The notes under the pieces were generated by a model. It saw nothing but the letters and a program-made list of their open reading frames with translations. It ran no database searches and was not told the DNA's origin. Both the position numbers and the translations under genes were made by a program. From the sequence record PQ724393.1: a DNA stretch of 64,000 bases. The stretch is one strand, 5' to 3'. Shown piece by piece: positions 1 through 8,996 of the stretch (positions are counted from its first letter, which is position 1; every line of letters begins with the position of its first letter). Source of the DNA: a phage.

Positions 1-811
1 GCGAGCCCATAGGGAACTTAATATAAACTACATCATGGCGAGTACGCATCCATGTGCCTTTAATATAAGCCGAATCCAATGGATAAACAATACCACCATA
101 AACGGCATAAAGTCCTGAACGTTCAAAATCTCTGTAACCGGTATCAGTTACAGCATAGTAGTCTTCGAATTCAGGGAAATAATCAACTTCGGCCCCATCA
201 ACATCACCGAGTCCAATGAACGGTCGCATGATATAACGAACTTCAGTTTCAAACTTACGGAAATCTTCTTCATCAACAGGAACCGTGATTTCTATACCGG
301 TTTTGTCACCTGGATTCATAGGTTCAACGAAAGTAGGTTTAATCTGAGGTCCATCACCATCCATATAAGCTACATAACCGCGAACTTCACCATTATGCCA
401 CGAGGTAATATTAAACGTTTCGGTATAACTGAACGGAGATTTTGAACCAAGGCCAAAGCCACCGATGAAATCGTTAGAAGCTGTTTTGGATGATGCGAAA
501 TAAGAGTTATACAAACCTGTTTCGTTTTCATCACCACGAATTTGGAAATCACTCATGCCTGGCCCGAAGTCACGGCATACAAAACGAGGGTCCAGTTTAC
601 CAGGAACCTGTACTTTCCAACGTTCTTTATTACCATTCAGAATATGAGCATCAATCATATTGGTAATTAGTTCACGAACTACAGCACGCACCTTATTACT
701 ATAAAGGTCTGATGAAAGAATTTTAAAGACCTTAGGCGAGGCCTGGATAGTAAAGCCTGTGGACTTAGCGCCATTACCAATGATTTGTTCTTTTTCGGTT
801 TCAATAATCAT
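1..811 (-). CDS. rIIA: rIIA protein, N-terminal part (gene continues beyond window start)
   Basis: Own translation from ATG at 811..809: [60 protein letters not shown]... closely matches recalled T4 rIIA N-terminus; frame open to window edge. Confidence 0.8.
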   Translation of the reverse strand, partial: MIIETEKEQIIGNGAKSTGFTIQASPKVFKILSSDLYSNKVRAVVRELITNMIDAHILNGNKERWKVQVPGKLDPRFVCRDFGPGMSDFQIRGDENETGLYNSYFASSKTASNDFIGGFGLGSKSPFSYTETFNITSWHNGEVRGYVAYMDGDGPQIKPTFVEPMNPGDKTGIEITVPVDEEDFRKFETEVRYIMRPFIGLGDVDGAEVDYFPEFEDYYAVTDTGYRDFERSGLYAVYGGIVYPLDSAYIKGTWMRTRHDVVYIKFPMGS

Positions 812-818
812 ATTTTTC

Positions 819-1022
819 TCAATTCAGGTTACGTTTAAAAAGGTCTGCTACTTCAAGGAGCTCGTCCTTAGTAGCGATGTCGTTGAGTATTTTATATCTG
901 ATTTCTTTAAAGCGTTCTTTAAAATCCTCAGCTGCATTGATATCAAAAAATCGTTGGATTAACCGGAATTCTTTATGGACGGCTTTATCGAACAAATCAA
1001 TATTCACTTTAAAGTTTGTCAT
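819..1022 (-). CDS. small protein, rIIA.1-like by position
   Basis: 67-aa ORF; SD GAGGTAG 7 nt upstream of ATG; sits between rIIA and gene 39 region. Confidence 0.5.
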   Translation of the reverse strand: MTNFKVNIDLFDKAVHKEFRLIQRFFDINAAEDFKERFKEIRYKILNDIATKDELLEVADLFKRNLN

Positions 1023-1332
1023 TTTTAACTACCTCATGTTGAACATATTCTCTGGTAGAACCGAGTTCAGCCAGAATTCTTCTCATAGAACCCATTGTAC
1101 TTTTGTGCTCTCTGTGGCGATACAATATCTCCAGAACCTTTTCCTGGACAACAGGAGAGAGCGCCTGGTTATCTTTAATCTTTAAGGCAATAGATTTTAC
1201 AGCCTTAAGATATTCTAGCCCCTTACCGCTTGTAATCACTACTCCTTCATCTTTACAGTTACGAATAGCGGTTTCCATAAAGGATAAAGCCAGGTTGTCA
1301 GTGTTCACTATACTGTTATCTTGCATAATCAT
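1009..1332 (-). CDS. hypothetical protein (107 aa)
   Basis: Track ORF 1009..1359 starts at GTG inside promoter; in-frame ATG at 1332 has SD GAGGTGA. Confidence 0.5.
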   Translation of the reverse strand: MIMQDNSIVNTDNLALSFMETAIRNCKDEGVVITSGKGLEYLKAVKSIALKIKDNQALSPVVQEKVLEILYRHREHKSTMGSMRRILAELGSTREYVQHEVVKNDKL

Positions 1333-1345
1333 ATTCTCACCTCTA

Positions 1346-1379
1346 GATAATCCTATCACAGTTTTGTTATGTTGTAAAC
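1346..1379 (-). promoter_or_regulatory. putative early sigma70-type promoter
   Basis: Coding strand GTTTAC -35, ~17-nt spacer, weak -10 (TAGGAT); upstream of ORF 1009..1332. Confidence 0.4.
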
Positions 1380-1380
1380 C

Positions 1381-1403
1381 CCGAAAAGGGCCTTGCGGCC
1401 CTT
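1381..1403 (-). terminator. rho-independent terminator
   Basis: Minus strand GGGCCGCAAGGCCC stem-loop followed by T-run. Confidence 0.6.
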
Positions 1404-1405
1404 AA

Positions 1406-1558
1406 TTATTCAATTTTGTAGACTTGTCCTCGAACTTGATAAAATTCGCCTTCCCAGGTTTCTACCATAATGGTCACATACTCTGCGAACAAAGGTCTCT
1501 TCTCGGCCCAGAGATATCCAAATTCACCGGTGGCTAGCGTTATCCAGTACTTTCTCAT
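1406..1558 (-). CDS. hypothetical small protein (50 aa)
   Basis: Internal ATG of track ORF 1406..1693 preceded by AGGAGA; longer form overlaps gene 39 end; followed by hairpin terminator. Confidence 0.35.
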   Translation of the reverse strand: MRKYWITLATGEFGYLWAEKRPLFAEYVTIMVETWEGEFYQVRGQVYKIE

Positions 1559-1601
1559 AAAGTCTCCTAATTGTATGGCACTCATGTACCATACATATTT
1601 A

Positions 1602-3419
1602 TTACGACATCCAGGCCTTACGGAGTTGAGGGTCGTTCCCGAGGAGCATTTCGAACTGTTCTTTCCAATCTTCAGGCAATTGAACCACATCAAATTTAGG
1701 GTCTTGAATCATTCGACGGTATTCAGCCTTCTCAAGAGAACCTAAACCTTTAATATATCGAATAGAATGTTTTGGTAGAGAGTCCTTGGCTTTGGTATAA
1801 CTAGGAACATCATAAAACCATTCCTGTTCTTTACCAATCTGAGCAATAATCACCGGAGTTTTACAGAATCGTACTCGGCCTTGTTCGAATAATTCAGGCC
1901 ATTGGCTAAAGAAGGCTAGCAATGACGGATAAATCGAGCCTGTACCATCCACATCGGCATCAGTCATAATAGCGATATTACGATAGTTAGTTTTATCTGC
2001 AGGTTCGCCAATAACCAGTCCAGTGATTGCACAGATATCAAACAATTCTTTGTTCTTCATGATATCAACTGCAGGCATACCCCAGGTATTCATAACCTTA
2101 CCACGCAATGGATAACCGCCTTGAAGGTCTTTATTACGTACTTCAATGAAAGGACCCATTGCTGAATCACCTTCAGTCAAGAACAGAGTTGTATCGGCAT
2201 CTTTACCATACATATTGGCTTTAATATGCTTATGGACCTTAGCTTTCAAAGCTTTCTTAGCGGCTTTTGTTTCTGCTGCTTTTTCGGCTGCTAATTTACG
2301 TGCTAAAGCAGCTTCGACGATAGGCATAATCAACCCATCGACCTTAAGAATCATCGATGCAATTTTCTTAGCATCAATTTGGATATGGCTACGAATCTCG
2401 CCAAACGGGGAGGTCAAACGCTCTTTAGTCTGGGAATCAAAACGCATATTACTCATATCACGAATGAACATTACCATCGTAAGGCATTCTTTAACACGAG
2501 CCTTAGTTACTTCAATTCCACGATATTTCTTTTTAATACCAGGCAGAAGGTGCTCACAAATGTCATCGAATACACATTCAACGTGGTGGCCACCATTCTT
2601 GGTATGGATATTATTTACATACGTCAGTTGACGGAACCCATCCGGAGAAGGAGTAAATGCCATCGAAACATTATCAGTTTCTTGGATTACAAAGTCATCA
2701 CCAAATTGCTTAGCATACTTTTTAAAGTTGCCATCTACTTTTTTACCATTAAAAGTAAATTGAATATCAGGATAAATTACGGCCAGTGTTTGAAGACGGT
2801 CTAATGTAATATCCAGATAAATTTGGGTCAGGCTATTTTCTTCGAAATGGTTAAAGTCTGGGGTGAATATAACCGAAGTACCCTTACCTTTAGATTTCTT
2901 AGTAGTCCAACCTTTGTTTTCCATTCCGTTAGAACAGTTAACAGTAATCTCATTCTCGCCATCAGAGGTGATGCCTGTGAACAAAACAGAGAAGATATTA
3001 GTTAAACTACTACCGACACCATTCATGCCACCTGTCTTACGCTCTGAGTCATCTCCAAAGTTACCACCGGCCTTTGGAATAGTCCATGCAGCTACAGGAC
3101 CCGGAATTTGTTCGCCATTTTGGTCAGTAACCATTGCTTGTGGAATACCACGGCCATTATCGGAAACTGAAACCTGATTATTCTTAATTCGGACATCAAT
3201 TTTGTTTGCGAATTTAAAATTAGTACGAATAGCTTCATCGACAGAGTTATCAATGATTTCGTCAATTAATTTAACCAGTCCAGGAACATAGTTCACCTGG
3301 GTAAAATTACCAAACAGGAATCGACCGTGAGCTTCATTAGCACTTGAGCCAATATACATCCCACTACGTTTTTTGATATGTTCAATGTCGGACAGTACTT
3401 TAATTTCATTCTTAATCAT
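1602..3419 (-). CDS. 39: DNA topoisomerase II large (ATPase) subunit, gp39, single 605-aa ORF
   Basis: 605 aa; GHKL/GyrB-like N-terminus MIKNEIKVLSDIEHIKKRSGMYIGS; T4 gp39 position after rIIA; length equals unsplit 39+60 form. Confidence 0.95.
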   Translation of the reverse strand: MIKNEIKVLSDIEHIKKRSGMYIGSSANEAHGRFLFGNFTQVNYVPGLVKLIDEIIDNSVDEAIRTNFKFANKIDVRIKNNQVSVSDNGRGIPQAMVTDQNGEQIPGPVAAWTIPKAGGNFGDDSERKTGGMNGVGSSLTNIFSVLFTGITSDGENEITVNCSNGMENKGWTTKKSKGKGTSVIFTPDFNHFEENSLTQIYLDITLDRLQTLAVIYPDIQFTFNGKKVDGNFKKYAKQFGDDFVIQETDNVSMAFTPSPDGFRQLTYVNNIHTKNGGHHVECVFDDICEHLLPGIKKKYRGIEVTKARVKECLTMVMFIRDMSNMRFDSQTKERLTSPFGEIRSHIQIDAKKIASMILKVDGLIMPIVEAALARKLAAEKAAETKAAKKALKAKVHKHIKANMYGKDADTTLFLTEGDSAMGPFIEVRNKDLQGGYPLRGKVMNTWGMPAVDIMKNKELFDICAITGLVIGEPADKTNYRNIAIMTDADVDGTGSIYPSLLAFFSQWPELFEQGRVRFCKTPVIIAQIGKEQEWFYDVPSYTKAKDSLPKHSIRYIKGLGSLEKAEYRRMIQDPKFDVVQLPEDWKEQFEMLLGNDPQLRKAWMS

Positions 3420-3443
3420 GTTATTTCCTCATGTAGTAGGAGA

Positions 3444-3470
3444 ATATTATCCCATTTCACTTAAAGCATA
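3444..3470 (-). promoter_or_regulatory. putative MotA-box middle promoter upstream of gene 39
   Basis: Coding strand TATGCTTTA (MotA-box-like) then ~12 nt then TAATAT. Confidence 0.35.
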
Positions 3471-3488
3471 AAAGGGCCGAAGCCCTTA
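3471..3488 (-). terminator. putative rho-independent terminator
   Basis: AAGGGCTTCGGCCCTT hairpin (UUCG loop) then TTTAT; overlaps lipoprotein stop. Confidence 0.5.
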
Positions 3489-3746
3489 ATCAAATCGAAT
3501 GGTCGACTTTTTAAAGAATAACCCAGAACAAACTGTTCCTTCAACCCTTTTACCTGTCGGCCCTACAGCAATAAAGCCTGTACGCTGGAAATCATCTTCA
3601 GAACAGCCGAATAAGTTGTATCCTGTGATTTGGATTTGTTCGTAGCCATTTGCATCCAATACACGGGTAGCATTATCGGCATCAGTACAACCAACCAACG
3701 AAACTGCTAGTACAAGAGCCGCAATAGAACGATTAACATATTTCAT
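3486..3746 (-). CDS. putative lipoprotein (86 aa)
   Basis: N-terminal signal peptide with lipobox LVGC; terminator hairpin overlaps stop. Confidence 0.6.
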   Translation of the reverse strand: MKYVNRSIAALVLAVSLVGCTDADNATRVLDANGYEQIQITGYNLFGCSEDDFQRTGFIAVGPTGKRVEGTVCSGLFFKKSTIRFD

Positions 3747-3752
3747 AATTTC

Positions 3753-3929
3753 TCACTTAGTTAGCAGGTCATAGAACCCGCCGTTAACATGTTTAGGAGC
3801 TGAAACTAACCGAACAGCCAGCCGATGGCAATCAGGGCAAACATCATTATCTCTTTCAGAGATTTTCTTGATTTTTTCGTATTCTTTTGCACAGTCTTCG
3901 GATTGGCATTTGTAATCATAAAGTGGCAT
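3753..3929 (-). CDS. FmdB-family zinc-ribbon protein (58 aa)
   Basis: Not in ORF track (<60 aa). Own translation MPLYDYKCQSEDCAKEYEKIKKISERDNDVCPDCHRLAVRL...; MPxYxYxC...CPxC signature; SD AAGGAA. Confidence 0.5.
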   Translation of the reverse strand: MPLYDYKCQSEDCAKEYEKIKKISERDNDVCPDCHRLAVRLVSAPKHVNGGFYDLLTK

Positions 3930-3930
3930 A

Positions 3931-4317
3931 TTATTCCTTAAAGTGGGCTTTCAACATCTGGTAAACGGTCCAGGCTTCAGAATTATTGGAGATAGTGATT
4001 TTGGTCAAAGGGAAATCACTTGGTTCATATGGGGCTACATCTTCAGACTGGTCTTCGTCTTCACTGTCAACTTCAACCATTTCTGTAAAGAATTTACGCT
4101 CACTCGCGTATATAACCATATCTTTATTATCACCGTAAACCAGGTCGAAGTTGATTATGCATCCATTTGAAATTTTAACCGGAGAAAAACCTTCACCTTC
4201 AATAATAACATCGGCTACAATATTATTGATATCTCTACGACGGAATTCAGCTTCTGCCGCGTCATCTTTAAAATAGTACCATTTACCTTTTTCAAATTCG
4301 AGTTCTTGATTAAGCAT
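3931..4317 (-). CDS. hypothetical protein (128 aa)
   Basis: Track ORF trimmed to ATG 4317, which overlaps upstream stop (ATGCTTAA arrangement). Confidence 0.5.
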   Translation of the reverse strand: MLNQELEFEKGKWYYFKDDAAEAEFRRRDINNIVADVIIEGEGFSPVKISNGCIINFDLVYGDNKDMVIYASERKFFTEMVEVDSEDEDQSEDVAPYEPSDFPLTKITISNNSEAWTVYQMLKAHFKE

Positions 4318-4531
4318 TGTAAGTTTCCTTCCAGAAGTCGGTGCCTTCAGCAGTGATTTCACGGAACACTGCGTAGATAGGATTTTTATCACCTTGATTT
4401 TCATATACATAAACCGACGATAAATGAGAAAACGTATCAGAATGTTCCTTTTGAACCACGATTAAATCAGGGTTGAACAAAACATCTTCAAATTCTTCAC
4501 GAGTCGAGTTTGCAGTGATTTTAGTAGTCAT
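4310..4531 (-). CDS. hypothetical protein (73 aa)
   Basis: In-frame ATG 4531 preceded by AAGGAGA; track ATG 4549 lies in the SD. Confidence 0.5.
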   Translation of the reverse strand: MTTKITANSTREEFEDVLFNPDLIVVQKEHSDTFSHLSSVYVYENQGDKNPIYAVFREITAEGTDFWKETYNA

Positions 4532-4692
4532 TTTAAATCTCCTTAACAAGCTTTAATTAAAAGATACAGACAGATAACGATAACTGCAATCATAATATAA
4601 GGTGCAAACATTTTTATTCTCCATTTCACTCATTTGTTTTGATAGGGTAATCTTATCACTACCCTACCGTATTGTATACTGTTTTTTAAACT

Positions 4693-5259
4693 TTATGCAC
4701 GGTGAATGTTAGCATATTCAACAATAAAGCTTTCAGGAACAACCTTAAAGGTTCCAAGGAACACGATGTTATAGAGCTTAACGCCACCTTCAACCCACTG
4801 GTCTGTGATGTAACCAGACATGCTACTGGTTTCGTAAGTACCAAAAGGTTCGTCAACATATTTGAACGGTTTAGGAGTATTAAAACACACTCCTCGACCT
4901 AATTTCCATTTGAAATCAACGCCTACATGAGATTGGTCAATAGTTTCAACGTCTTGAGCTACTACGCCACGGATATCATTGCTTTCACATACATACCCAT
5001 CATGAGATTCAACTTCTTCAACTACAGGAGCGATGTATCCGGTAAATTCAGTCGATTCCAGGAATTTAGCGCGCACATAGCCGAATTGGGTTTCAGTCTG
5101 GCGATTTTTAGGAATGATACGAACTTTTACTTCATAATTTTCTTCACTGACACCTTCTTTAAGTTGGATGCTAACAACTTCAACTAAACTGCCCGCAGCT
5201 TTTGAACGAGACTTTTTGGATACACGAACGATACTGCCGATATCGGAAATAGTAATCAT
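4693..5259 (-). CDS. hypothetical protein (188 aa), tandem paralog A
   Basis: C-terminal ~35 aa (YITDQWVEGGVKLYNIVFLGTFKVVP) similar to adjacent ORF 5333..5884; own promoter upstream. Confidence 0.6.
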   Translation of the reverse strand: MITISDIGSIVRVSKKSRSKAAGSLVEVVSIQLKEGVSEENYEVKVRIIPKNRQTETQFGYVRAKFLESTEFTGYIAPVVEEVESHDGYVCESNDIRGVVAQDVETIDQSHVGVDFKWKLGRGVCFNTPKPFKYVDEPFGTYETSSMSGYITDQWVEGGVKLYNIVFLGTFKVVPESFIVEYANIHRA

Positions 5260-5301
5260 AATTTTTCTCTCTTGGTTAAAGGTTTATTCTCCATGAGAGC
5301 C

Positions 5302-5330
5302 ATTATAACATGGCCCTCGATAAAGTAAAC
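5302..5330 (-). promoter_or_regulatory. early promoter (GTTTAC-17-TATAAT)
   Basis: Perfect -35/-10 with 17-nt spacer upstream of ORF 4693..5259. Confidence 0.6.
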
Positions 5331-5332
5331 TA

Positions 5333-5884
5333 TTAATTCAATACGTTAACCACTGCACTACGAGGTACTACACTAAAATCACCAGCATGGACAACGTTCA
5401 GGAGTTCAACACCATCTTCAATCCACTGGTCTGTTACCCAACCGCAGATAGGGTTATCAAAAGGACGACGGATAGCCACAGCAGCACACAGAAGGTCGGT
5501 AGGGTCTTGTTCGACTTCGACTTCACGGAAAAGCCCAAATTCAGCTTCATAGACTAGGATTTTCTCTACTTTGTTATTATCTAACCGGCGGCCATGTATT
5601 ACGTAAGATTTAGTAAACCAGTCACTTTTGGCGAATTCTTCAACAATAAATTCGCCTTCGCCAAAAACATCAGTCAGAGTTTTATAACCGGAAATCAAGG
5701 CCTTAGTTTTAATTTCAGGTTCAACCAGTTTGTAGGTTTTGCCGATTTCGATAGTCTGAGTAGTCATAGCGGTTTCCTTAATTTCCAGTGGTTTAACAGG
5801 GCATACATAAGTGCTTAAAACATCAAAATCAATCAGTTTAGCTGCCGGATTCGGGGTGTATTTAGGGTTGTAATTAAATTTCAT
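5333..5884 (-). CDS. hypothetical protein (183 aa), tandem paralog B
   Basis: C-terminus WVTDQWIEDGVELLNVVHAGDFSVVP; ATGA overlap with upstream ORF. Confidence 0.6.
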   Translation of the reverse strand: MKFNYNPKYTPNPAAKLIDFDVLSTYVCPVKPLEIKETAMTTQTIEIGKTYKLVEPEIKTKALISGYKTLTDVFGEGEFIVEEFAKSDWFTKSYVIHGRRLDNNKVEKILVYEAEFGLFREVEVEQDPTDLLCAAVAIRRPFDNPICGWVTDQWIEDGVELLNVVHAGDFSVVPRSAVVNVLN

Positions 5885-6390
5885 AATTTTCTCATTTCAA
5901 TAAAATCTACGAGTTCGGCATAGGATTTGCGGAACATTACTTGGCGGCCACCAATGACAACCTCATCTTCAGGTATTTCGTAAACAGCAAGGTAGAATCC
6001 TTTAGAAGATAATTCTTCGCGCTCTTCACGAGTGAACCAGCGCATCATATCATACTCACTGGCAAAAGCAAAATGGTAGAGGTTAACAAACCAGCCTGGA
6101 ATATAATCGTCGCAGCCTTCATAATCAGGCCGTTTCCACTTAGTTCTAATGGTTTTATTAGAATTTTCTACCAGCAACGTATCTTGACTTGGTAGTGGGA
6201 TATTTTTATTAATGCTATGATGATGTCTAAAAATAGGTCTGTCTAAACCTACTTCTAATAACCAGCCTTCACTCCACGAGTCTGTTGTACTTCTATACGG
6301 GGTCATTTGAGTACAGAGGTCTCGTCGTATTGTGATAGCGTTTCCATCATCTAAGATACTGAACGATGACTCAACTCGATAAATTTTCAT
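5881..6390 (-). CDS. hypothetical protein (169 aa), MotB-position
   Basis: ORF with SD GAGGAG and conserved early promoter upstream; size and position like T4 motB but identity not verified. Confidence 0.55.
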   Translation of the reverse strand: MKIYRVESSFSILDDGNAITIRRDLCTQMTPYRSTTDSWSEGWLLEVGLDRPIFRHHHSINKNIPLPSQDTLLVENSNKTIRTKWKRPDYEGCDDYIPGWFVNLYHFAFASEYDMMRWFTREEREELSSKGFYLAVYEIPEDEVVIGGRQVMFRKSYAELVDFIEMRKL

Positions 6391-6416
6391 TTTGTTCTCC
6401 TCATGTTGATAGGGTT

Positions 6417-6445
6417 ATAGTATCATGCCATGAGGAGAAGTAAAC
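6417..6445 (-). promoter_or_regulatory. conserved early promoter
   Basis: Coding strand GTTTAC-17-TGATACTAT; arms CTCCTCATG/CATGAGGAG flank the -10 and include the SD. Confidence 0.6.
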
Positions 6446-6449
6446 ACTT

Positions 6450-7124
6450 TTATCGATTTTTTACACTTAATGGGTCTGGATTCTCAGGAACATCTTCCAG
6501 GTTTAAAGCATATCGTTGGGCATATTTAAGCATCAAGATATCCTTAGCACAGTCATGGATAGAGTCATGAGCAACAAAGCCATTCAAGGTTCCGTTAGGC
6601 AGAGGGCACATGCTCAATCCGCGCGTTAGTGAGTACGCTTCAACGGCCGTACGGATATCGCGTTGGTTCCAGAATTTAACCGGTTCTAATTTACTGGTAT
6701 CAATTTCATTCTCAGGAACACCTTCAGAACGATAAGCATCGCGAATAAGGTCGACTAAGATAGGAAAGTCAAATGACATTCCACGACACCACATCTGTGA
6801 TTTCCACTGGTCTACATCATTTTTACGGCAATATTCTAAGAAGTTGCCGATGCCGATAGAAGTGCTCACATCCATTTCGGACGGCGCCAGGTTTTTACGT
6901 GCTTCGGGCCCTTGTTCTTTCCACCACTGTAAAGTGCTTTTAGAAAACAGTCGTTTATCACGTTGAGAAGCTAGGTCAAATTTAATACGAAGGCCTCGTT
7001 GAGTAAGCTCTTCAAACGTTTCTACTACCTCTGGATTTGGGTCGTAAGCAATTACGGCTAGGTCAATAACCGCCGCATTTTGGGTAGTGGCAAAGGTTTC
7101 GAAGTCAATAATTACATCTTTCAT
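6450..7124 (-). CDS. dexA: exonuclease A (DEDDh 3'-5' exonuclease)
   Basis: 224 aa; VIDLAVIAYDPNPEVVETF and FVAHDSIHDCAKDILMLKYA match recalled T4 DexA. Confidence 0.8.
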   Translation of the reverse strand: MKDVIIDFETFATTQNAAVIDLAVIAYDPNPEVVETFEELTQRGLRIKFDLASQRDKRLFSKSTLQWWKEQGPEARKNLAPSEMDVSTSIGIGNFLEYCRKNDVDQWKSQMWCRGMSFDFPILVDLIRDAYRSEGVPENEIDTSKLEPVKFWNQRDIRTAVEAYSLTRGLSMCPLPNGTLNGFVAHDSIHDCAKDILMLKYAQRYALNLEDVPENPDPLSVKNR

Positions 7125-7360
7125 TTAACGTACCTCATAAGGTCACGGATTTGACCAACGGTGTAGTCTTCAATATAAACTGAAGAGATATTGTCGTCCA
7201 TTAGACGCTGTATTGCGATAAAATCACTTTCAATCTCTTTAAGAGAATGCAAGACCTTATGAGCCTTGCCACGGATATTTGTATCGTCTTGGTTGACCTT
7301 AATAATATATTCTGTTTCAAATTTCAACTTATAAAATTGGTCTTTAGTTACTTTAATCAT
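7121..7360 (-). CDS. hypothetical protein (79 aa)
   Basis: In-frame ATG 7360 with SD GAGGA overlapping dda stop; track start extends into dda. Confidence 0.5.
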   Translation of the reverse strand: MIKVTKDQFYKLKFETEYIIKVNQDDTNIRGKAHKVLHSLKEIESDFIAIQRLMDDNISSVYIEDYTVGQIRDLMRYVK

Positions 7361-7367
7361 ATTTTCC

Positions 7368-8699
7368 TCAAACATAGTAGGCATCAGTACGAGCACGAGT
7401 AATACTAACATAAGCTAGCTGTGAAGCTAAATTCGCATCAGCCATGTGCATACATGGGGTATAGATGAAACTGTTCCGGACAGTAAGACCCTGTGATTTA
7501 TGGACGGTACTCACCGGAAGAGCCCGAACCTTAGTGAACATTCGCTTGGCTTTCCAGAAATCAGCCCACTTAGGTTTCTTACCTGTTCCACGCATAGCTT
7601 TGTACTCTGTAGCAACCTTAGCCAAGAAATAATGGAACTTCTCAACTGAAGCCTCATCGATAACCTTTAAATGCTCTACATAGTACTCGTCGTCTTCATC
7701 AACAGATTCTACTTGTAGGTCCCAGTAATTAATCATTTGACGAGTGCCTACGTCCTTAGCAGACAAGAACAATGAGGTATGATTCACATCCAGAATACGA
7801 ACCATTTGCCCGTTATTAAAAATGGTTTCAGAGAATTTCTTACCGTCGTATTCGAGCTCCTTCATAAAAGGCTCTTGCATCACGAGGATTTCACCCTTGA
7901 TATAAGGTGCATCAGTTTCATAAAGCTTTTTACGAATAATGCTATTCAGCTTTTCAACCGATTTATTTGTATAAGCAAACATCCTATTTTCAAATAAGGC
8001 ATCCGCGTCTTTTACGATGGAAAAATAATTCATCATAAAATCTTTTAAAGCCGTTTGAGATTTAAAACCATGGACCCCGTGACCTTCGAATATACAATCT
8101 CGGAACCATCCACCATTACGGATTTCAGTAGCAACCTCAATGATAGGGGCATTACTACGCATTACTTCAGTAAGGTGCAGCTGTTTAATTTTAGGATGAG
8201 TAAAGAACGGAGATAACTGCGGACTACCATCACTTCCAGGTTCTACCGGTTGTAGCTGAGCTCTGTCGCCAATCCCTAATACAGTGCACCATGGTGGCAC
8301 GGAGGATTCAATAATCTTAAACAGCTTACCGTCAATCATCGAGCCTTCATCAACAACTAACACATTGCATTTGCTCAAGTCAGGAGCTTCGCGTTGTTCA
8401 AAGATATCCTGGTCCTCGTATGTAGTAGGGTTAATCTTTAAGATTCGGTGGATTGTTGATGCTTCTTGGCCTGCGAGTTTCGACAATACCTTCTTGGCCG
8501 CATGTGTAGGGGCGGTCAAAATAACTCCGAGTTCACCGTTCTTGACTAAGTGGTCAAGGATAAATTTAGTAAGGGTCGTTTTACCTGTACCCGCAGGACC
8601 ATTCAATGTAATCCATTCGCCCTTACGTCGTTTAATAGCTTCAATGATTTCTTTAAAGGCCGTCCGTTGCCCAATATTCAAGTCTTCAAATGTAATCAT
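7368..8699 (-). CDS. dda: Dda DNA helicase (SF1)
   Basis: 443 aa; Walker A NGPAGTGKTT; N-terminus similar to recalled T4 Dda. Confidence 0.92.
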   Translation of the reverse strand: MITFEDLNIGQRTAFKEIIEAIKRRKGEWITLNGPAGTGKTTLTKFILDHLVKNGELGVILTAPTHAAKKVLSKLAGQEASTIHRILKINPTTYEDQDIFEQREAPDLSKCNVLVVDEGSMIDGKLFKIIESSVPPWCTVLGIGDRAQLQPVEPGSDGSPQLSPFFTHPKIKQLHLTEVMRSNAPIIEVATEIRNGGWFRDCIFEGHGVHGFKSQTALKDFMMNYFSIVKDADALFENRMFAYTNKSVEKLNSIIRKKLYETDAPYIKGEILVMQEPFMKELEYDGKKFSETIFNNGQMVRILDVNHTSLFLSAKDVGTRQMINYWDLQVESVDEDDEYYVEHLKVIDEASVEKFHYFLAKVATEYKAMRGTGKKPKWADFWKAKRMFTKVRALPVSTVHKSQGLTVRNSFIYTPCMHMADANLASQLAYVSITRARTDAYYV

Positions 8700-8995
8700 G
8701 CCAATTTTACTCGCTTAACATATAAAGTGTCTAAAATCAATTTTAATTCTCGGGCCCGTTCTTTGGTAGGAAAAACTGTTTTAGTTTCCCACTTATCAAA
8801 CCACCATTTTCTTGGCGTGCACACTGTTTCAAGGCGTCCAAGCCGAAGATATCTTTTTGTTGAGATTTCATAAGCCTCTAAAGCAGTGTCGGCTCCAATC
8901 TTTGACGAATACAAAGTCACTTCACCGGCATCTTCTAATGGAATTTCATACCCGTCTTTGTCCTTGTGAACTAATACATATGCATAGTACATCAC
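8696..8995 (-). CDS. hypothetical protein (99 aa)
   Basis: ORF coupled to dda by overlapping start/stop. Confidence 0.55.
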   Translation of the reverse strand: MMYYAYVLVHKDKDGYEIPLEDAGEVTLYSSKIGADTALEAYEISTKRYLRLGRLETVCTPRKWWFDKWETKTVFPTKERARELKLILDTLYVKRVKLA

Positions 8996-8996
8996 G

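Noticed and set aside
370-552. 60-aa minus-strand ORF inside the rIIA region
   Set aside because: Out of frame with the rIIA reading frame that matches known rIIA sequence.
1406-1693. Full-length 95-aa form of ORF 1406..1693
   Set aside because: Its 5' part overlaps the 3' end of gene 39 in another frame; only the short SD-supported form was kept, at low confidence.
2146-2631. Plus-strand ORFs of 60-160 aa lying antisense inside large minus-strand genes (for example 2146..2631, 8284..8718, 26381..26707, 34660..35109, 46641..46946)
   Set aside because: No Shine-Dalgarno, embedded antisense within well-supported conserved genes, low-complexity translations; expected by chance in an AT-rich genome.
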